Position numbers and translations under genes: made by a program
Shown here: positions 50,387 through 59,175 of the stretch, one piece after another
Numbering within the stretch: the stretch's first letter is position 1
Layout of the letters: every line of letters starts with the position of its first letter
The notes under the pieces: generated by a model
Told to the model about the DNA's origin: nothing
The model's input: only the letters and a program-made list of their open reading frames with translations
Database searches by the model: none
Source: an uncultured Saprospiraceae bacterium
Lineage (GTDB): Bacteria > Bacteroidota > Bacteroidia > Chitinophagales > Saprospiraceae
Assembly: GCA_942492005.1 (NCBI GenBank)
Contig: CALOED010000303.1
Coordinates: forward strand, 9,823-73,822
Reading direction: 5' to 3'
Length of the DNA stretch: 64,000 bases

Positions 50387-51342
50387 TGAGTTCAATATCC
50401 AACTTGCCTTATGGTAAAATACTTGATTATTGGTATGAAAACCTAAAAGGACATAAACACAGAAATAAATTTTTACTTACTAAGTTCATCGAAGCATTTA
50501 TATTCAAGTCGAGTTCGAAAAATACAAATTTAGAATATGAATATATTCCGTTTCCAATAGGTAAAAAGCATAACTTACCAATAAAACCCAAAATAGCTTT
50601 GGTAATACCCGTTTATGCTAAATCAAATAAAGATATTCAAAACCTAAAAAATTTGTTTGGGTCAATTGAAAACCTTGAATACAAACCAGATAATGTTGTA
50701 ATAATTGATGATAAATCACCTTTGAATTATAGTGTTCCGAAACAATATTTGAAGCTGAAGAATGAAATAAATTGTGGTCCAGCAAAAGCAAGAAATAAAG
50801 GAATCGAAACAGCATTAAACACTGAAGTAGACATTATCGCATTTACTGATTCCGATTGTCTTCTTGATAAAGATTGGATAAAGCAAATCATTTTTCATTT
50901 TCAACAATATCAAACTTGCGGTATAGTTTCAGGTAATACCATTTCAAAAGACAATCATTGGTTTGGGACGTATCACAATATAAACGGAACATTGAATGGA
51001 AGGAAATTTAAAAACTCAAATAGGTTGCTTTATGGAACTACTGCAAATCTCGCAATTACAGCGGAGGTGGGAAAAAGAATAAGATTTAATGAAAAATTCC
51101 CTAATGCAGCAGGTGAAGATATTGAATTTTGTTTTAGAGCAAACAAAGAAGGCTTTGAGATAAACCATAGCCGAGAAATGGTTATTTTTCATAATTATGG
51201 ATATGCGAAAAGAATTTTTGATAGTCTGAGAATATTCAGAAATCAATTTAGAAAATATGGAAAGGGAGAACAAATACTCCTTGAACAAATTCCGGAATAT
51301 TATGCTTATTTCAATGAAACAGAAGAAATTAAAGCAGAATAA
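50386..51342 (+). CDS. family 2 glycosyltransferase
   Basis: The start is taken at MSSISNLPYG (a TAATG overlap with the previous stop), in frame with the track ORF 50365..51342. It has VIPVY...IIDDKS...DSD...GEDIEF motifs typical of GT2. Confidence 0.75.
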   Translation: MSSISNLPYGKILDYWYENLKGHKHRNKFLLTKFIEAFIFKSSSKNTNLEYEYIPFPIGKKHNLPIKPKIALVIPVYAKSNKDIQNLKNLFGSIENLEYKPDNVVIIDDKSPLNYSVPKQYLKLKNEINCGPAKARNKGIETALNTEVDIIAFTDSDCLLDKDWIKQIIFHFQQYQTCGIVSGNTISKDNHWFGTYHNINGTLNGRKFKNSNRLLYGTTANLAITAEVGKRIRFNEKFPNAAGEDIEFCFRANKEGFEINHSREMVIFHNYGYAKRIFDSLRIFRNQFRKYGKGEQILLEQIPEYYAYFNETEEIKAE

Positions 51343-51865
51343 AAAATATGCCACCCAATAAACAAGGCTGCTAGCGGCTGGCAAGCCTGTCGGCAGACAG
51401 GTTTGAACGACATCGCCCCCCGACCGAAGCGACCGACCCAAAATCCAACTGAAAATCGAGAAAAAACCTCTACTATGGGGAATGGCTGCAAGACAATGCC
51501 TCATAGGAATAAATATTTAAGAGTCAATGAATTAGAAAATTCATAAAAACACACCGCATTGGACTAAACATCAAACTTACTTTTGAAGCACGGTATTAGC
51601 AGCTAAAAACATATCAATTTATTCGTAGAATAGGAATAGTGCCATTAAAAAGTTATCTTTAGCTTTAGTTATTTATCCGCTAACATTTTACTATTCTGGT
51701 TTTATCAGCGTTTACCAAAACACTTCTACAACCAACCTTTGACTATCAATACAATAGCTACCAGATTAATGCCTGATAACTAATTAGTCATCATTTCTCA
51801 GGATTTCATCCAGATGTTTGTTTATTTCATTAATGGCAAATCTTCTTAATAAAAAAAAGAACACT

Positions 51866-53016
51866 ATGGGGTTATCAAAAATCGGGGTTATTGGAACTTC
51901 AAAGAAAGAAGACGAAAGGCGTGTTCCTATTCATCCAGAACATTTAAAAAGGCTTCCAGAACACATTCGCAAAAAGCTCATTTTCGAAAAAGGATATGGC
52001 ACACCCTTCAACGTGGAAGATGAAGAAATAGTGGAGCAAACTGGGGGCATGGCCACAAGGTCAGAGATATTGTCAGACCTTGGGTCGGCTATCATCGCTA
52101 AACCCATCTTAGCAGATTTAGAAGAATTGAAAGAGGGCGGAATTCTTTGGGGCTATCCCCATTGCGCGCAGCAAATGCAAATCACCCAAACCGCAATTGA
52201 TAGAAAGCTAACCTTAATTGCTTTTGAAGATATGTTTGTGTGGAGCCCAAATGGACGAATTGGTAGACATACCTTTTATAAGAACAATGAAATGGCAGGC
52301 TATAGTGCAGTCATCCATGCCTTGCAACTCAAAGGAATTGACGGACATTATGGCAACCAAAGAAAGGCGATTATTTTTAGTTTCGGTGCAGTGAGCAGAG
52401 GAGCTATTTATGCCTTAAAAGCTCATGGATTTAGAGATATCACCATCTGCATTCAAAGACCCGACCATGAAGTGAGAGAAGAAGTATTAGATGTAAACTA
52501 TACGCGCATTGAAAAAGGAGAAAGCCAATGAGCCTCGACTACTAAAGTGGTGGAGCATGACGGAACGAGAACGACCTCTTATTAGATTTGATAAGCGAAT
52601 CAGAAATCATTATTAATGGCACTTTTCAAGATCCCGAAGACCCTATCAATTTTGTAAATGAGGATGAAAAAGCCAGCCTCAAGCCTGGCACATTGATTAT
52701 TGATGTGAGCTGTGATGAAGGCATGGGGTTTTATTTTGCTAAGCCTACTACTTTTAAAAATCCTATAATATCTGTGGATAAGATTGATTACTACGCAGTT
52801 GATCATACACCTAGTTATTTTTGGGAAAGTGCTTCAAGGTCTATTTCCGCTGCTATGATTGTGCATTTACCTTCTGTGCTAGGCGGCCCCTCAGCTTGGG
52901 AGCAAAACGCAACCATCAAAAATGCCATCAACATAGATAAAGGAGTAGTGGTGAAAGATGCCATTCTTAAATTTCAAAACCGCCAAGCGAATTATCCGCA
53001 TAACGTAATGAATTGA
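51866..53016 (+). pseudogene. AlaDH/PNT-fold dehydrogenase, N5-(carboxyethyl)ornithine synthase-like; at least two lesions
   Basis: The N-terminal ORF (MGLSKIGVIGTSKKEDERRVPIHPEH...) ends at an in-frame TGA at 52529-52531. The same frame continues ASTTKVVEHDGTRTTSY to a stop at 52583-52585. The C-terminal part (IIDVSCDEGMGFYFAKPTTF) is in another frame, open from 52561. Confidence 0.65.
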
Positions 53017-53132
53017 TTAAAGGACTTTTTTTAAAAAAAAACCTTCTGATACATCAAAATCAGAAGGTTTTACTTTTGTGGCATCTTATAAATGCCATAT
53101 ACACCGCATCTACGCAAAAAAGTCAATCCACA

Positions 53133-54227
53133 CTATTTCAAACGCACCTTCAATCCCATAGGCTGATGGTCTGAATATTCAAAATTCAAACCAAAACCCT
53201 CTACGTTCAAAACTTCCACATTCGGCGAAGTCAAATAAAAATCAATCAAAGTGACAAAAGTATCTTCGCCTTGATAAGAATCAACTAACTTTCGATTGGT
53301 AGGCGTTTTTTTATCATAAGCCCAAGTCCAATCATTCGGTAAGAAATCGGTAGGCACATTCACTTGATAATACGAGTCGGGAGTCATATTGGGGCGAAAA
53401 GTATTGGCAGCAAAATCGGGTGGGCATTGATTCCAATCGCCTCCTACTACAATATAATTTCCTGCGTTGTATTCTTGTTCTACGAGCGATTTGAGATACG
53501 CCATTTCTTGTTTTTTCAAAACACCTCCCTTGTCAAATGCCGAATTGTGCGTATTAATCACAATGAGTTCTTTCCCATTTTTCAGAGGAAAACGATGCGC
53601 AGCCAAGCAGCGGTCAAGATGAAAAACCTTACTGGGCCATTCGTAGCCGCCAGGGAGTTGGTAGCGAGTAGCCGAAGTAGGTTGGAAGCGGCTATAAGTT
53701 GCCAATCCGCTATATACTTTCCCAATCACATTGAATGGCTCTGCCAATGGAAGTGGCACACGCTTCACCTTATAGTTGGGCGCAAAAGTAGCCGTATAGT
53801 TGGGGTGCAAAGCACCATATTTCTCGTATTGATTGATATAATAGCTTCGGCTCGATTTTCTATCTACCTCTTGCAATAAGTAAAAATCAACAGGTTGTTG
53901 GGTTAAAAAATCACTCACCCCATTGATGTTTTTTTCTACATCCTTCTTCGGGCTTTTAACCATTTTATCACCAGAAGTGAGCATTTTACCCGCATCGTAA
54001 AAGAAGTTAGCCTCTGCGCCCAAACCTCCATAACCCACATTCCAAAGCAAAAAAGATAAAGTATCAGAATCAATAGTATCTATCGCTGTGCCTTCTATTT
54101 CTAAAACTATTTTCTCTTCGGGCTGATAATCATTCGCTGTGCCGTGAGCAATGCTAATAGCGACATAAAGTACAGTAACAACGACTAAGCTAAGAAGAAA
54201 CAGAAGGGTCTTTTTGATATATTTCAT
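53133..54227 (-). CDS. endonuclease/exonuclease/phosphatase (EEP) family protein, membrane anchored
   Basis: 364 aa with an N-terminal TM helix, an LLWNVGYGG start and a C-terminal SDHQP motif. Confidence 0.7.
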   Translation of the reverse strand: MKYIKKTLLFLLSLVVVTVLYVAISIAHGTANDYQPEEKIVLEIEGTAIDTIDSDTLSFLLWNVGYGGLGAEANFFYDAGKMLTSGDKMVKSPKKDVEKNINGVSDFLTQQPVDFYLLQEVDRKSSRSYYINQYEKYGALHPNYTATFAPNYKVKRVPLPLAEPFNVIGKVYSGLATYSRFQPTSATRYQLPGGYEWPSKVFHLDRCLAAHRFPLKNGKELIVINTHNSAFDKGGVLKKQEMAYLKSLVEQEYNAGNYIVVGGDWNQCPPDFAANTFRPNMTPDSYYQVNVPTDFLPNDWTWAYDKKTPTNRKLVDSYQGEDTFVTLIDFYLTSPNVEVLNVEGFGLNFEYSDHQPMGLKVRLK

Positions 54228-54683
54228 GCTATTTTAATCTGATACGTTAGATAATGAAATTCGTGGCTATAAAATTTAAGCAAAAAACAAGGCTTATATT
54301 AGCGAACCTTATTGCAAGGTAGTTATTTAGAAATATAGGAATGGTACTTTTTTGTAAAAAAATAAGAATGTCACGAGAATACTTTTTATGCTATTGGTTT
54401 TTAAACCATATTTGTAAATCTAAAAAAATAGACAACAAAAGATGATATAGGCTATTTTTATAAATGAAAATTTGAAACCATACCGTTTTTTTTGGGCAAA
54501 CCAAAAAGACTAACAAAAGCATGGATTGAAACCTGACAGCTTCTAATCCACCCTATTATTTGGAGCAAGCCCAAAATCTGTATGGTTTTGAAAATGAAAA
54601 TAGACTTTGACCTTTAACTTTATATACTCAATTTTGGCTAAGTATTTTAACTTTTGTCTTTATAAAATAACACAACACAACAA

Positions 54684-56162
54684 ATGAAAAATCATTTATC
54701 TCTATTACTCTTACTGATGATGGCATTTTCGATGTCCGCACAGCCGCTCACGAAACATTGGATACAGTTTACCGATAAAAAAGGCAGCCCGTTCAGTGTG
54801 GACAAGCCCGAAGCCTTCTTATCTCAACGTGCCATTGATAGGCGAACGAAACACAACATCAAAATCACCGAACAAGATTTGCCCGTCAATCCGCATTATC
54901 TTCAAAAAATAGAAGAATTGGGCGGCATAGTTTATACGTCTTCCAAATGGTTTAATGCCGCTACGGTACACGCCAACGACGAAATTTTAGCTAAAATAAA
55001 AGCCTTACCTTTCGTAAAAAGCACCGAACCCGTCGGACGATATTACAAAAAACGTCCAAACCGAACCAAAAAAGAAAGAGACAGCAAAACGAACTATTTC
55101 AAAATAGATGAACATTACGGATTTGGTAAAAAGCAAATTCAGAGTTTGAACGGCGACGTTTTGCATCGAATGGGTTTTGATGGCGAAGGAATGCTAGTGG
55201 CAGTATTGGATGGCGGATTTAGCAATGTGGATATTATGCCATTTTTTGATAGCCTCCGAGCAGATAATCGCCTCTTAGAAGGCATCGACCTCGTGGATAA
55301 AGATAAAAACGTGTATCAAAGCAGTTCGCATGGCTCGCACGTACTCTCTACTATGGCGGCAAACCTGCCTGGAATGTTTATAGGCACAGGGCCAGGCGCA
55401 ACTTACGTCTGCGTGAAAACGGAAGATGTGCGCTCCGAATTGAGAATTGAGGAAGACAATTTCGTGGCAGGTTTGGAATATGCCGATAGTTTGGGTGTAG
55501 ATGTAGTCAATTCTTCGTTGGGTTATACGACGTTCAACGTACAAGACATGAGCCACAAATACAAAGAAATGGACGGTAAAACTTCTCGTGCGTCGATTGG
55601 AGCTGACATCGCTTCCGAAAAAGGAATGCTCGTAGTAGTAAGTGCGGGCAACGAAGGCAACGGCAAATGGAAATACATTGGCGCACCTGCGGATGCCAAT
55701 CACGTTTTGGCAGTAGGCGCAGTGGATAGAAGCGAAAAAAGAGTGTCGTTTAGCTCACAAGGCCCTACGGCAGACGGGCGAGTAAAGCCGAGTGTGATGG
55801 CTAGAGGTCGTCAAACGGTGGTCGGGTCGTTGTATTCTTATCAAGTGGATTCGTCGGATGGCACTTCGTTTGCAGCACCTGTCATGGCAGGAATGGTTGC
55901 TTCGCTCTGGCAAGCATTTCCCGACAAATCGAATTTTGAAATCAAACAAGCCATCGAACAAAGCGCAGACAGGCACAAAAATCCAGATAACAAATACGGA
56001 AATGGCTTGCCTGATTTTTATAAGGCTTACCGCATATTGGCTGGCGAAGAGGATGTAAAAGAAGATAAACAACGCCCAGGAATCATCAAGCGTGGCTTTG
56101 TAGATGCTTTGCAACTGATTAAAGGGAAGGGAGAAGGTAAGGCGAAAGTCGTGAAGCCTTAA
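54684..56162 (+). CDS. S8 family (subtilisin-like) serine peptidase
   Basis: 492 aa with a signal peptide. The triad contexts are VAVLDGGF (Asp), SHGSHV (His) and GTSFAAP (Ser). Confidence 0.85.
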   Translation: MKNHLSLLLLLMMAFSMSAQPLTKHWIQFTDKKGSPFSVDKPEAFLSQRAIDRRTKHNIKITEQDLPVNPHYLQKIEELGGIVYTSSKWFNAATVHANDEILAKIKALPFVKSTEPVGRYYKKRPNRTKKERDSKTNYFKIDEHYGFGKKQIQSLNGDVLHRMGFDGEGMLVAVLDGGFSNVDIMPFFDSLRADNRLLEGIDLVDKDKNVYQSSSHGSHVLSTMAANLPGMFIGTGPGATYVCVKTEDVRSELRIEEDNFVAGLEYADSLGVDVVNSSLGYTTFNVQDMSHKYKEMDGKTSRASIGADIASEKGMLVVVSAGNEGNGKWKYIGAPADANHVLAVGAVDRSEKRVSFSSQGPTADGRVKPSVMARGRQTVVGSLYSYQVDSSDGTSFAAPVMAGMVASLWQAFPDKSNFEIKQAIEQSADRHKNPDNKYGNGLPDFYKAYRILAGEEDVKEDKQRPGIIKRGFVDALQLIKGKGEGKAKVVKP

Positions 56163-56198
56163 TAGGTATTTTTTAAAGTTTTTTGGTTGAAAAAATCG

Positions 56199-56241
56199 AA
56201 AACCTCATTGATTAAAAAGCAGTCAATGAGGTTTTTTTTTT
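56199..56241 (+). terminator. intrinsic terminator
   Basis: AACCTCATTGA-loop-TCAATGAGGTT followed by T10, about 40 nt after the peptidase stop. Confidence 0.8.
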
Positions 56242-56454
56242 GATTTATTTTTTAAAAAAGAACGTTTTTTGATAGTTTTCCACGGCTCGAACTCACTTAT
56301 TCGCAGCATTTATACTGCAAATTGTTAAATTGTTGTCGCCTATCGGCTCATTGTTAAATTGCTTTTTTACTGATAATCAGGATTTTGTACAAAAAAGAAA
56401 CTGTAAAATGTTCAGTTTTCTGCCGTTTGAAGTATAAATCTAGCTAAACTAAAA

Positions 56455-56568
56455 GGTTCATTGACAATTTTTGCCAAGATAAAACCCTGTATACTTGCCG
56501 CAGGCAGTAGTACTCGCTGCCTGCGGCAAGCGCCTTTGGGGCTTTCTGGCAAAAATTGTCAATGAATC
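56455..56568. mobile_element. MITE-like nested palindrome flanked by an 8-bp direct repeat
   Basis: The 20-nt perfect terminal inverted repeats are TTCATTGACAATTTTTGCCA (56457-56476) and TGGCAAAAATTGTCAATGAA (56547-56566). The inner 13-bp hairpin is TTGCCGCAGGCAG/CTGCCTGCGGCAA. AACTAAAA lies on both flanks (56447-56454 and 56569-56576). Confidence 0.6.
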
Positions 56569-56884
56569 AACTAAAACAAGAAATTTCAAACCAACGCTAA
56601 GAAGTCGAATAGTTGAAAAATACAAGAATAATCCCGAAAAGACTTTTTAGAGTCTGTTTATCAGCTTAAAGATAGGCACGTATTTTGAGCCTTTTTATTA
56701 GCCATTATTCGCAAAGCGGCGAAGCCGCTTTGTCTATCTTCATTATCAGTTAGTTATGTAATAGGATTTAGTTTTGTGAATAAATTCTATTAGATAGAAA
56801 ATTAAAAATATTATAATTAATTTTAATATCTTTACAATTCTATGATAAAAGAAACCACACTTGCTCGCACCGACTAATGAAAGA

Positions 56885-58972
56885 ATGAAAAACAGATATC
56901 CGCTTTTTTTTTTACTGATGATATTATCAAGCTGCCAATCTTGGCTTGAGCCAGAGCCAACGGACGAGGCCGTTTTGGCAGGAAAATTTAATCTTACGCC
57001 TGCTTGGACGGATAATTTGCTCAAAGAAATAAAAGCGAAAGGGCAAGATACTATGTCGAATGACATGGTTCAGTCGATTTGTGATTTACCGTTGTCCATC
57101 CTAAAAACGCCTCGTTTGCTGTCTTTAGCGGCTATTCGAAACGAAAACCTATCTAAGGCTTATGCTCAAATGATGATAGAACCCATTGAGCTTTGCGATA
57201 CCAACACCAGTTTTTTGGGCGTAGATAATAGCATTGATACGACGGTCAAACGTGCTTTTTTTGAAGAGTCGCTTACCTTGCCCACTAATCCAAAACAACT
57301 CATTCCTATTTCAAATAAACAAATGAGCGATTATAAAATTGTCCATATTGGGAGAGAAAAGCGCCCGATTTTTGATATTCGGATGAATAGTTATGCGTGG
57401 AGTGAGAGCATTCAAATCAACCGACTGGAAAAAGAGGAAATGAAGCAACTAGAGGCGCATAAATTGTTGATTATCACGCTGACAGACCCAATTGTACATC
57501 CTCGTTTTTATAAAAATCTTAAAAAACTCCACGAAACAACGCCTACAATTATCGTCAATTTTGGAAATGTCTCCAACCTCAAAAGGCTGGATGCGACTTA
57601 CACGACCGTGCAAGTGTATGAAAAAAACGAAATAACCGAAGACCTTACCGCTCAATTGCTTTTTGGAGCAGTGCAAGCAAAGGGGCAGTTACCTATTTAT
57701 ATTTCTCCCGATTTTGATTATGGGCAAGGCGATACGGCAACCGTTATCACTCGAATGGCGCACGGATTGCCTCAAGAAGTAGGTATAGATGTGGTAAAAC
57801 TGGAAAAAGAGATTGATAAAATAGTGGCTCGTGCTATCCGAAAAGAAGCAATGCCAGGTTGTCAAATTGCAGTGGCGAAGCGTGGAAAACTCATTTTTAG
57901 CCGCTCGTATGGTTATCATACTTACGACAATCAAACGCCTGTTCGCAATTCCAATATTTATGATTTGGCTTCGATTACCAAAGTAGCGGCAACTACTTTA
58001 GCCATGATGAAACTATATGACGAAGGCAAAATCACAGATATAAATAATCGGTTGAGTGATTATTTTGGAGAAAAAACAAATAGAGGTGAACGCCTAACGA
58101 TTAAGAATATTCGATTGCGATATTTGCTGACACATCGGTCAGGGTTGCCAGCTAGTTTTCCGATATTGGACTATGTTCGGTTGAAAGATAAAAGCAAGGA
58201 AAGTAAGTATTGGAATTACTTTTCGGAACAAAAAAAAGGAGCTTACAAGGTGCAAATCACTGATAATTTATACCTCAACCCAGCTTTTCAAGGCGAAGTT
58301 TGGCACGATGTCCAACGCTCAAAAGTGAGTAGCAGAGGCAAGTTTAAATACAGTGATTTGAATTTTTTTATTTTACAAAAATTAATAGAAAAGCTATCCG
58401 AAACGCCTTTGGATAAATACGTTTCCACTCATTTTTACCAACGGATGAGCCTGCCTACGCTTACTTTTCAGCCGCTTCATCATTTTCAAAAAATGAACAT
58501 CGTACCAACTGAGCAAGATAAAAAATGGAGAAATGCGCTCCTTCAAGGCGAAGTACATGACGAAGCTGCGGCATTTATGGGCGGTGTTGCGGGTCATGCG
58601 GGTTTATTTGGGCGAGCGGAAGATTTGGCAGTTATTGGTCAAATGCTGCTCAATGGCGGCGAGTATGGCGGACAACGCTTTTTGAAAAAAGAAACGATTG
58701 ATTATTTTACGAATAGCGGACACGGAAATTACCGTGGTTTGGGCTTCGACCGCAATCCGAAAAGCAATGACAATGGCTGTTATCATGGAGCGAGCAAAGA
58801 TGCTTTTGGGCATAGCGGCTACACAGGGACGTGTTTTTGGATAGACCCCGACAACGAATTGGTTTATGTATTTTTGTCGAATAGAGTGCATCCTGATAAG
58901 AAAAATGACAAACTAATGAAAATGAAAGTGCGTGAAATGGTGCATCGTGCGGTATATAAAGCGATGCGATAA
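56885..58972 (+). CDS. serine hydrolase, beta-lactamase/PBP-like domain with about 330-aa N-terminal domain of unknown function (lipoprotein)
   Basis: The start is taken at MKNRYPLFFLLMILSSC. The C-terminal half has S-x-x-K (ASITKV) and HSGYTG motifs of the class C beta-lactamase fold. Confidence 0.7.
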   Translation: MKNRYPLFFLLMILSSCQSWLEPEPTDEAVLAGKFNLTPAWTDNLLKEIKAKGQDTMSNDMVQSICDLPLSILKTPRLLSLAAIRNENLSKAYAQMMIEPIELCDTNTSFLGVDNSIDTTVKRAFFEESLTLPTNPKQLIPISNKQMSDYKIVHIGREKRPIFDIRMNSYAWSESIQINRLEKEEMKQLEAHKLLIITLTDPIVHPRFYKNLKKLHETTPTIIVNFGNVSNLKRLDATYTTVQVYEKNEITEDLTAQLLFGAVQAKGQLPIYISPDFDYGQGDTATVITRMAHGLPQEVGIDVVKLEKEIDKIVARAIRKEAMPGCQIAVAKRGKLIFSRSYGYHTYDNQTPVRNSNIYDLASITKVAATTLAMMKLYDEGKITDINNRLSDYFGEKTNRGERLTIKNIRLRYLLTHRSGLPASFPILDYVRLKDKSKESKYWNYFSEQKKGAYKVQITDNLYLNPAFQGEVWHDVQRSKVSSRGKFKYSDLNFFILQKLIEKLSETPLDKYVSTHFYQRMSLPTLTFQPLHHFQKMNIVPTEQDKKWRNALLQGEVHDEAAAFMGGVAGHAGLFGRAEDLAVIGQMLLNGGEYGGQRFLKKETIDYFTNSGHGNYRGLGFDRNPKSNDNGCYHGASKDAFGHSGYTGTCFWIDPDNELVYVFLSNRVHPDKKNDKLMKMKVREMVHRAVYKAMR

Positions 58973-59044
58973 AGTAGCGCAAACGTTCGGTTTAGCTCGC
59001 TCTAATACGCTTTCCAAATATGTTAAATATACCTAGCTGGTTCT

Positions 59045-59088
59045 AAAAAAAAGGGTTTCTATTCAATTTGAATAGAAACCCTTTTTTT
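59045..59088. terminator. bidirectional intrinsic terminator
   Basis: AAAAAAAA-GGGTTTCTATTCA-ATT-TGAATAGAAACCC-TTTTTTT between convergent genes. Confidence 0.8.
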
Positions 59089-59175
59089 AGGAATATGCGT
59101 CCCGTCAGTAACTGCCTGCCTGTTGGCTCAAGAATTATTAAGTAATTGCTGTTGGAAATAATTTTGTCTAACTAC

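Noticed and set aside
51353-51408. Third attC-like site after the GT2 gene (ACCCAAT...CCTGTCGGCAGACAGG-TTTGAAC)
   Set aside because: I did not annotate it as a feature. The R' end does not fit GTTRRRY. The fold is a pair of competing short hairpins rather than one long imperfect stem. A very similar CCTGTCGGC-GACAGGTT hairpin acts as a plain convergent terminator at 2554-2579. Only the ACCCAAT complementarity is used, as supporting evidence in the island finding.
51016-51504. 162-aa and 61-aa minus-strand ORFs overlapping the end of the GT2 gene
   Set aside because: They are antisense to a motif-supported GT2 gene. They run through the GC-rich structured spacer and have no recognisable family.
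52529-52531. In-frame TGA (ceo-like) and TAA (lipB, 34065) as programmed recoding or selenocysteine
   Set aside because: No SECIS-like context is evident. TAA and TGA serve as ordinary stops for the neighbouring genes. The ceo-like gene also has a frameshift nearby.
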